A stretch of 63,946 nucleotides of DNA, counting the filler, from Blastocystis sp. subtype 4 (Eukaryota): the NCBI RefSeq assembly GCF_000743755.1. It is 4 parts of 4 records of this genome, joined end to end, with 100 filler letters (N's around TTAATTAATTAA, not from the genome) between each part and the next. Parts side by side here need not be neighbours in the genome. Positions count along the whole stretch, not along the records: positions 35,787 to 53,433 come from NW_014569320.1; 3 more parts are not named here. One strand, 5' to 3'. The translations under genes and the position numbers were made by a program. Shown here piece by piece: positions 39,744 to 52,052 of this stretch (position 1 is its first letter; each line of letters begins with the position of its first letter). The notes beneath the pieces are model-generated. The model saw only the letters and a list, made by a program, of their open reading frames with translations. It was not told the DNA's origin and did not search any database.

Positions 39744-41654
39744 TTATGCAGTCACATTAAAAGCATCAATCCACTTTTGGCACACTTCATCATTAGCCTC
39801 TAAGTCTTCCAGAGGTGCACTACGATCCTTCAAGAAAGCTACAATTCCCTCCAAGAACTGTTCAATATTGCTTCGGAATTCTGGAGCCATTTGGTCTTTA
39901 TGTTCTTCATAGAGTTCTTCAATCACATATTTCCGATTCTCGATTCTATTGTATAAATCTAATCGTTTCTCCATCATTAAATCAATTTCACGCATCTCGA
40001 TAGCTGTCTTCTTCATCTTCAGAATATCATCCAGTGACAGGTTCGTTGATTTATTCTCAAAGGTTACCGACGTCTCTTTTCCTGTCGTTAGATCCTTTGC
40101 TGTTACCGTCAGAATTCCGTTCTTGTCAGTACTCATAGTAATATCGACAGATGCCTCACCTGCTGGAAGTGGAGTAATTCCTTGGACAGTAAAAGTACCG
40201 ATTTCGTAATTATCCTTCACAAAGATACGTTCACCTTGGAATACACGGATTTTCATCTTTGTTTGCCTATCCTTTGATGTCACATAGTTCTTAGTGGCTG
40301 ATTCGCCATATGGAGTACTTCGAGGAATCAACACACTCATCTTGCCTTCATGTGTCTTTAACCCAATAGACAAAGGAACCACGTCCTGAATACTAATCTT
40401 CTGAATATCAATACAAGCCACCACGTCTTCTCCCGAATGTACATCGTCATCAGAATCTGAATCTGATTCAGAGTCGGAATCATTCACAGGTGCAGCATCA
40501 TCAGGCAACTCTGAATACAATTTCACAGCTTGAATCACAGCACCTTTTGCTACAGCCTCGTCCGGATTAATCTTTTCATATACCTTCCCTTGACCAAAGA
40601 GTGCTTCCAATTTCGTTTTAATTATTGGAATACGTGAAGAGCCACCAATTAGTACCACATCATCGATATCTGCTGTTGTCAGTTGGGCATCCTCTAATAC
40701 CTTCTGTACCAACTCCAAAGTCATGTTGAAGAAATCTTCAGTACTGTCCTCGAATTGAGCCCGACTGATTTCCAGAGTTTCACAACCATAGCTATCGGCC
40801 TCAAACTCTTGGAACTCTGCTTGTGATAGATCGATCTTGATAGCTTCCGCCTTGGAACGAAGGTCTGCCATCATACGCTTGTTGTTACGGTCAACAGAAC
40901 CACCGTTTCCTTCAATGGCATTAATCAGAATCTCCATCATAATGAAGTCGAGGTCATCACCTCCCAGATGGGTATCTCCTCCAGTTGTTATTACCCTGTA
41001 CTGGCGATTATTGACTGAAAGAATCGTCACATCGAAGGTACCGCCGCCAAGATCGTACACAAGAATCTTCTTCTCATTCTCAGCATTTTCGAAACCATAA
41101 GCAATTGCAGCAGCTGTTGGTTCATTCAATACTCCAAGAACACGATATCCAGCCAACTCTCCAGCATCCATAGTAGCACGACGCTGGTTATCATTGAAAT
41201 AGGCAGGGACAGTGATTACAATATCTTTAATATCTTCTTCGGTAAACTTCTTCGCCTGAGAGACAAGATGCTCAATAACCATGGAACTGATTTCTTCAGG
41301 GGTGAATGTACGCTCCTTTCCAGCATACATGACCCTAATTACAGGCTTGTTCTGAAGATTCGGCTCGACGGTAAAACCCCAGTGCTGCATATCACTCTGA
41401 ACCACCTCATCATCGAATTTGTGACCAATAAGACGTTTCACATCATATACGGTGTTTTTAAAATTGCGAACAAACTGAGACTTTGCAGCACTCCCAAACT
41501 GACGGCCCTTTTCCGTAAACGCTACCATTGATGGCGTAGTCCGTCTTCCGGAGGGGTCAGTTACAACCTCCACTTTTTCATGCCGATAAACACAGATACA
41601 GGAATTCGTAGTTCCGAGATCAATTCCTGCAACAGATCGGAAATCCTTAGGCAT
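39744..41654 (-). CDS. Divergent intronless Hsp70
   Basis: GIDLGTTNSC, TVPAYFNDNQR, NEPTAAAIAYG, YDLGGGTFDVT, LIGGSSRIP, NPDEAVAKGA. No EEVD. Likely start MPKDF at 41654 (ORF open to 41717). Confidence 0.95.
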   Translation of the reverse strand: MPKDFRSVAGIDLGTTNSCICVYRHEKVEVVTDPSGRRTTPSMVAFTEKGRQFGSAAKSQFVRNFKNTVYDVKRLIGHKFDDEVVQSDMQHWGFTVEPNLQNKPVIRVMYAGKERTFTPEEISSMVIEHLVSQAKKFTEEDIKDIVITVPAYFNDNQRRATMDAGELAGYRVLGVLNEPTAAAIAYGFENAENEKKILVYDLGGGTFDVTILSVNNRQYRVITTGGDTHLGGDDLDFIMMEILINAIEGNGGSVDRNNKRMMADLRSKAEAIKIDLSQAEFQEFEADSYGCETLEISRAQFEDSTEDFFNMTLELVQKVLEDAQLTTADIDDVVLIGGSSRIPIIKTKLEALFGQGKVYEKINPDEAVAKGAVIQAVKLYSELPDDAAPVNDSDSESDSDSDDDVHSGEDVVACIDIQKISIQDVVPLSIGLKTHEGKMSVLIPRSTPYGESATKNYVTSKDRQTKMKIRVFQGERIFVKDNYEIGTFTVQGITPLPAGEASVDITMSTDKNGILTVTAKDLTTGKETSVTFENKSTNLSLDDILKMKKTAIEMREIDLMMEKRLDLYNRIENRKYVIEELYEEHKDQMAPEFRSNIEQFLEGIVAFLKDRSAPLEDLEANDEVCQKWIDAFNVTA

Positions 41655-41797
41655 ACTTATCAGGTTATTGTGAAGATTGTTAAGAATGCAGCGCACCATA
41701 TTTCGTGCACCAATCATTTTTGTCTTAATTAAACATTACACGATTCAGCTCAGCCTGTTGAGACAGTAGTATCAACAAACAGTCATATCTAATTCAT

Positions 41798-42971
41798 TTA
41801 TCGATTCCGCTTTCTGTTTGCCATTGCCATCCGATTCAGTTTCGCTACAGTAGAATCTACTCTACGAGTCAGGATGTTCCAATCATGGCATACCCGTCCT
41901 TCGAGTTTCGAACCTCGATAGAAGGAGCATCTTTAACATATACACGAACATCACCTCTATACTTTATCAAAACATAGTATCAAGTACTTTGGAATCATTG
42001 CAAAGACAGAACGGTCTTCCTGCTCCTGTGTAACTATCCCTTATCAATCTCCCTATCTCCCACATCCACGTTCACGACGACGATCTACACCGGCGAGGTA
42101 GTCTGCCTTAATTGCTGCACTTTCCTCCATTCCCTCATTTAACTCTTCTGTGAAATCACTGCTTAACCCTGTCACTTTTCGAAGCCATTTCTCTATAATC
42201 TGATGTAGAAGAATGCGATTCTCCTCGGATTCTTTTGGATGTCTCCACAACTTCACAAGCAATTCACCCATTCGTCCTTCTTTGATATGCTGATTCTTAA
42301 TTGGAAGATCATAGAGAATTTTGTAAATTCCTGTTCGCACCTACAATCGAAAAAAAGTTGGTCGCTTACACGATTGAAAGGAAGGTTGCCTTGAGCTCCC
42401 GGACGAATCCAATTCGCAAATACTGGTATTACCTTACAGGCAAGACAGCTATACTCGATGCCACGAATAAACACTACCAACGAGCGAAATCTGTGCTTCT
42501 CATATTTCTCTCAATCTCCTTCATCATTTTCAATCGGTTATCTGCCACTTCTCCCTTAGAAAAGGCTTCCAAATCCAAAGCATATGCATTATCCATCTCA
42601 TGAACAAACTTCTAGGAATCAGTATCTTGTCACTATAATCACTCTTGCACGATTTAATAACGCTATCTGTTGTTTCTCTGTCAATTCACCAGTTTTTTTT
42701 CGTTTCTTCTCTTTCACGTCTCCTGAAGCTTCTACTGCATAGTCGAGTGTTGTGTCAAATGCCTCCTATATATATAACAGGTTTTCCTCATTCTTACATG
42801 GATTTTGCTTCGAAGATAACTCATTTCAGATTCAGGGATGTGAAGGTCGTCGTCATCCTTTGGACGATCCACAGTTCCACTAACCTCCTCTACTTGAAAC
42901 ACTGGGTCTTCCCGAGCTCCACTTCCTTTCCCTGCATTTACTGCATCATTTTCAATAGAAGGAGCATTCAT
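41798..42971 (-). CDS. IWS1: IWS1/Spn1 transcription elongation factor
   Basis: WIRPGAQGNLP..RTGIYKILYDLPI..GRMGELLVKLWRHPKESEENR..IIEKWLR (TFIIS-N-like IWS1 domain), then DRSVFAMIP. The 5' end is approximate. Confidence 0.8.
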
Positions 42972-43050
42972 TATCCAGTATTTGAATAATTGGTATGAGG
43001 AGTAGGCACAAAATTGCGCCCGCCGAATGGCGTAACCAAACAAACACACT

Positions 43051-44134
43051 TTACTCATCTACAGACTCTGCTCTAGGTGTATGGCTTCTCAGACGATCCA
43101 GACCAAATGTGGGGGTCAACATACTACTTTGCTCTGTAGGAGTTACAGATTCACTCAAAACGAGATCCTCAGGAATATCTAAGGTATACTTGAATGCATG
43201 ATGATATGGGGACGATTCTACATTATATTCCACCCAAATGAGTACCATCATTTAACTGAGAACCGAGATTGTGAACAATGTTATAATTCTCACGCAGTCC
43301 AACGAAGTACTCTACTGTAGTATACTTTAGAGTGGATATTGAACGACGCTCCGCCATCACACATACACGATCGTGATACTGAAGAATAGAAGCAGGGAAC
43401 ATGTTGCTGACCGATTCTTCAAGTACATGGTGAAGAGCACGAGCAGCGTGGGCACCAATAAACAATGCAAACACTTCTTGAGCTTCCATAATTGTTCCTA
43501 GTCCCATCGTAAGCACATAGTTACTTCCCATTGCCAGTTCGTCTTCTTCCACTTCTTCTTCCACGTCACGCAGACCATTTCGAGTATGGAAACGATCATT
43601 TAGAATGAACGAAGTACGCGTCTTTTGACGTGTACGACTGGTAAGACAACTTCCTGGAGTATTTCCTCCAATAGCAGCCTCTGAATCAACTTCTGCACAC
43701 ACTAAACGAATGCCACCAAGCTTCTTGATGGCATTCTCGAAACTCTCACACTCTGCTTCATAGTCTGTAGCAATACCGTTCAAGAAATAGACATTCTGAG
43801 GAACAGCATCGACATACTTGAAGAAGTAATCATACATTTGGGATGCAAAACTGCGACGATCATCTTTTGGGATATCTCGGAATTCCTCCAACTGGAAAAA
43901 AACGACATGACGGAAGGATACTCGCCCATTCTTGTATCCCTTCACTAGATGGTCGTACCTAAATATAATACGTAATTGGAAATCCAACAGTGGCTTCATG
44001 GAAGGAACCGGGTTAGGAAGAACGATCGTAAACGGTTTATTTTCACTTGGTGCAAATTCACTGATTCGATCCACGATATAATCTCCAGTAAATCGCAAAG
44101 CATCCTTAGCATTGTTCTCGATAATGACTCTCAT
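43051..44134 (-). CDS. Glucosamine-6-phosphate deaminase-like protein with degenerate active site
   Basis: MRVII..YIVDRI, VSFRHV, YFLNG.A.D.EAECESFE.AIKKLGGI, SRTR, LTMGLGTIMEAQEV, EESVSNMFPASILQYH. Catalytic motifs are altered. Confidence 0.85.
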
Positions 44135-44399
44135 GTCTATACTTCATAAATCAGCAAATTACAATCACAGAAAAGAAATACAGTGTTGTACGAAAAGAAA
44201 ATGGCTATTCTATCAAAAGCATTTGCGGGCGTTTCAGTCACATATCATTATCCCTCATACCTTTGCAACAATGAGTATTCCTCAAGAACAATCATAATAA
44301 GACTGAATCAATCTTAGTGGAAGTGACAATTGAAAAAGTTGAAATCCGTGTAACTAAGTCGTAATTACTACGATTCAATGCGGAATAAGGTGGTTAATG

Positions 44400-45259
44400 A
44401 TTGAAGTATGTTTTAGTCCCTCACCTTCTATTCCCGCGGTTCTTATGTTTTCAAGAATGATAATTCCAGATGTTGTTTCTTTATCTTCTCTTTTGCCTCT
44501 CATTGGGAATCGTGTTGTCATGATTGTACAGTTATTTATAGTCAATTCAGTTTGGGATTCTAGATGAATTGGAGTCGTTTAGTGGAAACTCCGGATCTCG
44601 GTGGACAAGTGATCACAATGGAATAGATTTGTTGTTATCAGTAGCACTGGGATTCGAGAAGGGTTCTATTGTTTCATTACCAGTATTTATCGATTCTACT
44701 TCCTTTGACATGATTCTTATCGAAGAAGTATCCAATATCACCCGTTTGGGCTTTTGTCTATTCTTACTCTAGAATCTCGCAATACACTTCACATCTCAAT
44801 TAAAGGGAATGATTCCATCATTTCGTTCTTAGATCGTTTGATCCTCTCTTCAGATGTATATTTGTACTGCTTAGCATCGAATAAACAAGATTGTCCGAGC
44901 CATTTTCAAGTAATTCAGGTGAATATCATTAAAAGAATTGATTCTAGAGTCTTAAGGAGATACGACCACGAGCAAAGTCAGTGTTATATCGTCCTTTGAA
45001 CAATAAGGTGATATCAGGTTGTATAAATGATTGGCAGGTTCCTCTGACAGGAAGTATGGTGAAAGGATTCATGAATCGACGTCATGAGAGGACATTAATA
45101 TTACAAATAATAAGTACCAACTGTAAAACATCTTGGAACCATATCTGGAGTGTTGTACTCCTGATTTTATCTGTAATGTTCATTCTATTGATGAGAATAA
45201 CGAAGCATGTGAAACGAGATTGCTTTGTTTTCTATAAACTGCTTGAATCATTTCTATAA
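44400..45259 (+). CDS. Hypothetical multi-exon protein
   Basis: Chained plus-strand ORFs 44569-44772, 44754-44999 and 44981-45259 with short intron-like gaps. No recognised motif and boundaries are uncertain. Confidence 0.3.
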
Positions 45260-45283
45260 TACCTCTGATCTCAGCAAAAAAAT

Positions 45284-45355
45284 GGGCCCCGCGGGGAATC
45301 GAACTCCGGACCTCTCGCACCCGAAGCGAGAATCATACCACTAGACCACAAGGCC
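45284..45355 (-). tRNA. tRNA-Pro (anticodon CGG)
   Basis: GGCCTTGTGGTCTAGTGGTATGATTCTCGCTTCGGGTGCGAGAGGTCCGGAGTTCGATTCCCCGCGGGGCCC, 72 nt. Anticodon stem CTCGC/GCGAG, T-loop TTCGATT, followed by an oligo-T Pol III terminator (45276-45282). Confidence 0.96.
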
Positions 45356-45428
45356 ACTTGATCAAACTCTATAATATGAGCTGATAAAGATATTGAATAC
45401 CATTTTTCCTTTCTACACTACATTGAAG

Positions 45429-46911
45429 ATGAATTCAAAACGGAAAAAGAATTTCACTTGTTCTCTCTGTAATAAGGCATTTATTGATAATGCACATCTG
45501 AAAGATCATGAAGTAAACTCCTTCATTCAACTCAATAGTAGGTTAAGCACTCTGGAGTCAAACCATTTGTCTGTGAACAGTGCAATAAACGATTTGCTAG
45601 AAGTGGGTCGCTGCGTGTTCATCTAAAAGTACACAATGGTTGGCTGTTTAGATAGGACTAGTTACACTGTAGGAGAGATTCATGAGTACATTTGTCCATT
45701 TCAAGATTGCTGTCGTCGTTACACATCTCGCTCTGGATTTCTAAATCATCAGCGCAAACATACAGAAATGAACAAACAATTGGAGTCTTCATCGGTTGCT
45801 CCTGAGCCGTTCTTGTTTAGATATCCAGTCATTAGTAGAGTCTCTCCTTTACCAATTCAGCAACTTCCACAGCAATTTATGTGTCCAATTCCTGGTTGCT
45901 TCAAATCCTTCAACAGTCAGATGAGCCTTAATTTCCACAAATATCGAGTTCATTTAGGTATTGATACAAGTGTTTGCCAGAAATCCCGATGGTTGGTGCT
46001 CACTCTTCTGTTCATTCCTAGTATTCGGTTACGTGAATCCTACTTACGACAGCAACTCCAGATCCAGAAACTGAAAGATCGAGTGAAAGAATTAGAGGCA
46101 ATGACAGCTTTACTTAGTAAACGCGAACGTCAAGAGTTCCAGAAGGAATTCAGGAAGCAAAATCGACAGCAAGAAGCCACGAAGGGTGATTCGACTGTAG
46201 GAATTTGGTTGGATCATTATAATAGGCTACTGTAATTCCAGTTTTATACTTAGAGCAAGAAAAACCTTATCTTTGCGGGATTCCAGAATGTGGATGTCGT
46301 TTCTCAACTTACAAATTACTCTCTTTCCATGCCAAAGTTCACAGTGATCATTCATTAGAAGAGGTGTTGAACAACCAGTTGATTCTCCCTGAAGGCCGAG
46401 TTCATTGTCCTGTCGTTGGTTGTGAAGTATGTCTTTGGATTCATTTTGAGTCTAGTTTGGTCCAAATCACAAATCACTCACGTCCTATTTCGTGTTGAAG
46501 CGACATTATCGTGTATGTTTTGTTCTATCGGATTAGAATTAGAGAATTCATGAACGGATTCCTCCAAAGACCAATAATCTTCAGGTTATTGGAGATACTA
46601 CAAGTTCTACAGCAGAGTTATTGAATAATTTGATTAGTGAAGGAGCTGTAGTGGTTCAGAATGCTACGATTTTGAATGATGTGACTGTCGATCATTCTAA
46701 TATTACTGTGGCTAGTGTGAATTGCAAACAGTCTATCAGTACTCACTGTGATCAAATTACACACGATGGCTGTGGGACGCAGGCTATTTGTGCTGTGAAT
46801 CATGAAAATCAACCAACTGAATGGAGACAAGCCAGTGAATTACCTTCTGATCCACTGTTGAATCCAGAATCAGCCCCAGCACAAGATGATTTATGGATGC
46901 CATTTGATTAA
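45429..46911 (+). CDS. Multi-C2H2 zinc-finger protein
   Basis: [60 protein letters not shown]. Confidence 0.88.
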
Positions 46912-47002
46912 ACCTTGTGTGTTGTGTTTCTATGTGACTCTGCTAGGGTTATTGCTTATCGATGTTTATCATTTCATTCTGTTAGTTGTGAACAAACAGA
47001 GA

Positions 47003-50000
47003 ATTCAATTCGACAACTTAGAGGAAGACCATACACCACTATTTTATTACTAACCAAATGAACAGTAACCTAAAGAAGAACCCACTAATGATCGCAAAAG
47101 ACATTTCTCTTTCGCTTGCTCTAGGAGTTCACAGAGATCCACAGGCTTTTCTGATGACTAGCGGTTACTACTCTTTCTATTTTCATACAACCAACGTATC
47201 AATAATAAACCTTGTCATTCGATCTAAATCACCATCACTTACATCCCATAGACATCCAATCTACAATCAATATTCCACCCTCAATCTCACAGTTGCAGGA
47301 GACTGCAAAATCATATAATACAAAGGCGTTTCCATCCGAATCCATCTTCCTTTCATTCCCATCTTCACTGAACTGCATCCCATCAACAAACTCAAAGGAG
47401 CCTTGTCTAAGAGAAGCATGTTTTCGTGTCCAAAATACTTGGAACCTGATCCATGACCTGCATACAAGAAAGCAGATTCACGAAATGCTGAACTAAGAAT
47501 GAGTTCAAATAACGGAATCCAACACAAAGAATTCCTTTCCTGGTTTCGTTCCAACTACTCCCTTCCACGAATGCTGATTCAGAGGAAGAAGGTATGGGAC
47601 CAGTTTCAATTCTGTTTTTGTTAGATCACCATCTGGGTACTGTTAAAGAATTGGAACGAATCTCAAATAAGGATATATTGACAATGTAACTTCCACTTGT
47701 CAAATCTACAGATCTTTCTGATAAATTACTCAAAACACTTTCTAAGCAAATGTGTCGTGATACAGAAATATGGTTTGAATGAAAGAAAGGAGATTCAAGA
47801 GGAAGATTCTGAAGTGAAGGTGATAACATCAGAACAACATGAGAAGAAGACTGAGATAAATGTGAATGGTATTTCTGAAGAAGAGGAGCCAAGTCCATTG
47901 CTGAGGAGGCAGAAATCGAAGCAATTCCAAGAATGTCCAGAATTTGAGCAAATTCATGCCACGAAATAAGGGTTGTGTTACAATGCAAATACCACTGCAG
48001 TAAATCTTGTTTGTTTGTCCAATTACGACTGACAAATAAACTTACGATTTCTTCAACAACAGAATCAAAGGCTTCATTGGAATACCAAGGATGAAAGACA
48101 AATGAAAATGGTCTCAAAAATTGTGATTCCAATTGTAGTTGCCATTTCCTCAAATCCATGTCAATCTCCTTTCGACGTTTCCACCATTGCTTAACATATT
48201 CAGGATCTGATTTTGATGCTTCATTGCAAGAAAAGCTTGCATTATTGGCATCCATAATAGTTTCGAATTCTGTCACCAGGTGTTTTATCATTTTGACAAT
48301 GGGTTGTGATGTCTCCAGATATAATGGATTTGGATCTGTTGCTGCCCAACGAGCAATAGCAAAAAAATCACAATTTGCGTCAAACACCAACTCCAAAAGA
48401 ATCCACTCTTTCGGAAGTGATTCGATTTCCCATCTCCCAGGAACCTCCTCCCTCGCTGCCTGTTCATCCTTACCAATCAGTCTATCCTCACCTATCTCCG
48501 CCCGTTCAACTTCATCTTTCTCTCTCACTACTTGTTCCTCAAGGGAGAGGAGATGGTGACGGCGTGTCTCCTGGCAATATCCCTGAGCGAGAATCGCATT
48601 CATAAACCAGGCACAGTTGTCCATTTGGTCTGAACTGTGGATACGCAGAATATAATCCTCACAGATCTTAGCAGGGTGTTTCACAGTGAATACAAGCGGA
48701 GACGCGAGATGATGAATTCCGGCTAACAGCTGGATGAAGAGACTTCCAATCCAACGTTGAAGTGAGACAGTGGCAGAGAGATGTGATTGGAGTGTGATTA
48801 AAAATAACTCGATATCTGGAGATGGATGCTGAAGATAATCTTGCAGTTTTTGGACAATAGCAGAGAGGTCCGAAAAAGGCGAAAATTGGAGGATTTCCAG
48901 ACACTTTCCCAAATAATAATCTCCATATTTGTACAATTCCATATAATACCATGATAATGATAATAATAACATCAATATTACCAATTCCAGTATTTCCTCA
49001 TAATTGCCATCTTCCAAAAAACGAACATAATTCATATAACTCGTAGTAACATTTCGTTTCAGAAGGATTGATAACCGACACCAATCCTGAGAGATACACA
49101 AAAAATGTAGAAGATTCAATAGATCCCTATCTACCAATAAATAGATTACTTTTGACACTACCAGAAATACTCAAGAATACAGACGTCATAGAAGGGATTC
49201 CTTCAGTTTGAGTCCGTTTTCCTTCTAACAAATATCGTGCATTACTCTGGAATTCCGACATTGGATCATCCCAGGATCCTGTCAACAGAGCTGCGAAATC
49301 TCGTTGCCGCTGAGAGAGGGAAGACGACATAGAAGAGAGAGTCATAAGCGATTGTACGAATACGAGTGAAGGAGATGATGGTAAGATACAGGGATGCTTG
49401 GCAAGCAGAGACTGGTAATAGGAGAGATTATTGCCTAATTCAGAGCGAATCAGCAGAATTCGATTCAACCTGTCCGCAAAACCTCCACAGTCACCAACGA
49501 TACTCCAAAATGAATCTGAAGGGATTTTCTATTCATCAAGTCGTCTCTCAATTAAGATACACCTGCCTCGCAACAATTCATGAATTCCCGTAAATCCATC
49601 TGATCAGAGCTCCAACGAAGTACTCTTCTTCCAACACTCACAGCATCTTCCATTTTTCCTTTGCGATAATAGTATTGACGCAAAAAACGCAATTTGGGCA
49701 CAATTTGACAATCGTCAATTTGGGCTTGATTTCTTCCATTCAACATACAATACTGTTCCAGGATATCCACCGACAGTGATAACAAAGATTCAGATTTCGT
49801 ACTGAAGAGAAGCTGAGATAATGCTTTCACCTATCCATCAGTCTGTAAAGGTGACCTTACTTCATCAGCATATTTGGAAGATGAATTTGAGACAATGTGA
49901 CTCAAGATAATTTGTCGAACCTATGAATGAGATTGATTAATCATCCGAACAGAAGAAGTACATTCCTTATGTAAAAGAGAATAAATATGGACAATTATTC

Positions 50001-51228
50001 TCAGTAGATAAAGAATTCGAGGATTCGTGGAATATGTCGAATCGTGATCACAATATTCAATGAAGGATATTAGATAGTTTTGAACTGGATTGAGGAGTTT
50101 AGGTGGATTTGATTTGATTTTATGAAATAACTAGATTCGATATTGGAATGAACATGCTTACAGTGACAACTGTATCGCTATTCAACCAAATATCAGGCAT
50201 TAAACACAAAGGAAATGATAAAGAATGAATCTTATGGAAAATGAGAGAGCAATTCGACAAATCATGTTCAATACGAGAAACAGTCTGAATGTTCTCCAAG
50301 TCTGAGTACAAAAGGAAAATCTCGCGTAGATAGGAAAGAATTTTGAATTGATATAAAATCGAATGATTGAGAGGAGTTTCATCACTATTCAATCCTACTC
50401 TCCAATAAACACAATTTGCTTACGTTTGGTTACAGAATTTATATACAGTTTATATTCACGACATCCAGGATCTGTAAATGACCAATAGAATAAAAACCGA
50501 AAGGTTATTGGCTCCTGTTCATTAATCTTACTGAAGTCGAAGAAACGAGAAGCCAAGATATACACGGAACGGTATACAGGAGCCAGAGACTGGCATGTTG
50601 ACTTAAAGGATTGAACCACAGAAATACAGCGATTCATCACTGGAAGAAGATCGGATGATTGTGAGGGAGAAAGGGTGTTCAACTGAAATTGAATACTTGC
50701 AATGGCATCTTCAAGCTAGTTGTCGTTTCTATCATCGAATCTTACCGAATGGTTAGAAATGGAACAATTCCAAAGAAGAGATGACCAGCGTAGAGAATAC
50801 TTCTTATATATAACTTGGTCGAATGAACAAAAACACCTCAGTAAGAATTCCTGCTTTGTGACAAAGGCACTCAGTGATTGTGTTTTTTCCAATGTCATTC
50901 CAATAGCATAACTACTATTATAGAAAAGTAACGAAACTTACAGGATCCTTAATAACGAGTACATGAGTAGATGATGCGAATCTTTCTTTTCAATATAGGA
51001 AAGAACATCAGCGAAAGATTTAAATTCGACTTCAAGTATTGATAAAAGGAGTACTATACCCTTTCTTATTGACGCCTGTTCTCTACATTCAACAAACTCC
51101 AATGATAGTACTTGGTATTTTGATGAACTGAAACACTTTCTAATAGGTTTATCAAATGTTTTACTTGTTCAGTAATAGCTTGCTCTAAACGTCCTCATTT
51201 ATATTAGAAAGTTACTCTGAGTATCCAT
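47003..51228 (-). CDS. ESP1: Separase (peptidase C50)
   Basis: WWKRRKEIDMDL, LQNLPLES..SVSR, YIVN, catalytic FLYAGHGSG and LLMGCSS, C-terminal VVYGLP. The 5' end is approximate. Confidence 0.88.
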
Positions 51229-51268
51229 ATCATTGAATCAAAAGGAGCTAATTACCAACAAACAAAAC

Positions 51269-52052
51269 AATGAGTATGGTGACGACGAATATGAACTTTC
51301 AGATTACCTGTGTGAATGAAAGCAGAGTTACATCCAGGATAGCTACATTTGTATGGTTTCTCTCCTGTGTGAATTCGCATATGAACTTTCAGATTACCTG
51401 CTTGAGTGAAAGCAGAGTTACATCCAGGATAGCTACATTTGTATGGTTTCTCTCCTGTGTGAATTCGCATATGAATCTTCAGACTACCTGCTTGAGTGAA
51501 AGCAGAGTTACATCCAGGATAGCTACATTTGTATGGTTTCTCTCCTGTGTGAATTCGCATATGAACTTTCAGATTATCTGCTTGAGTGAAAGAAGAGTTA
51601 CATCCAGGATAGCTACATTGATATAGTTTCTCTCCTGAGATATGCCGCTTTCTATTCTTCTTGGTACTTGTAAAAGACGCTTTTGATCCAGTATCCTCCA
51701 TCATATGACACTTTGTATGGAACTTCACGATACTCTCCTCAGTATTCGAGAAATCACAACCTTCAAACGGACAGTAAAATACCTGAGTACGCTCATCTCC
51801 ATCCACAACAATCTTAACAGGTACGTCACATCGACGTTTTCGATTCACAGTAGGTGCCATAACAGACACTTCATCACTTTCAGAGGAATATTCGATGGTA
51901 TTTTCACCATCCTCAGCAAACGATTCTGACAGAATACTAGAATACTCATCTTGGATCATATGATCAAATTGCTGCTCCCCTTTGATATAGGCTTTTTCAA
52001 GTTGAGTACGATTTAAGACCACATCATCAGGACTCTCACATTCACTGTACAT
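51269..52052 (-). CDS. C2H2 zinc-finger protein with four tandem near-identical fingers
   Basis: (YxCSYPGCNSxFTQAxNLKVHMRIHTGEKP) x4. An additional 5' exon is possible. Confidence 0.92.
51290..51636. repeat. Tandem array of four ~90-bp zinc-finger-coding units
   Basis: GAGTTACATCCAGGATAGCTACATT recurs at 90-bp spacing with high nucleotide identity. Confidence 0.9.

Noticed and set aside
40837..41531. Antisense ORFs over Hsp70
   Set aside because: Antisense shadow ORFs are a well-known feature of Hsp70 coding sequence, and there is no independent evidence for them.
51290..51636. Regularly spaced repeats as a CRISPR array
   Set aside because: The units are contiguous C2H2 finger codons with no unique spacers, in a eukaryotic context with no cas genes.
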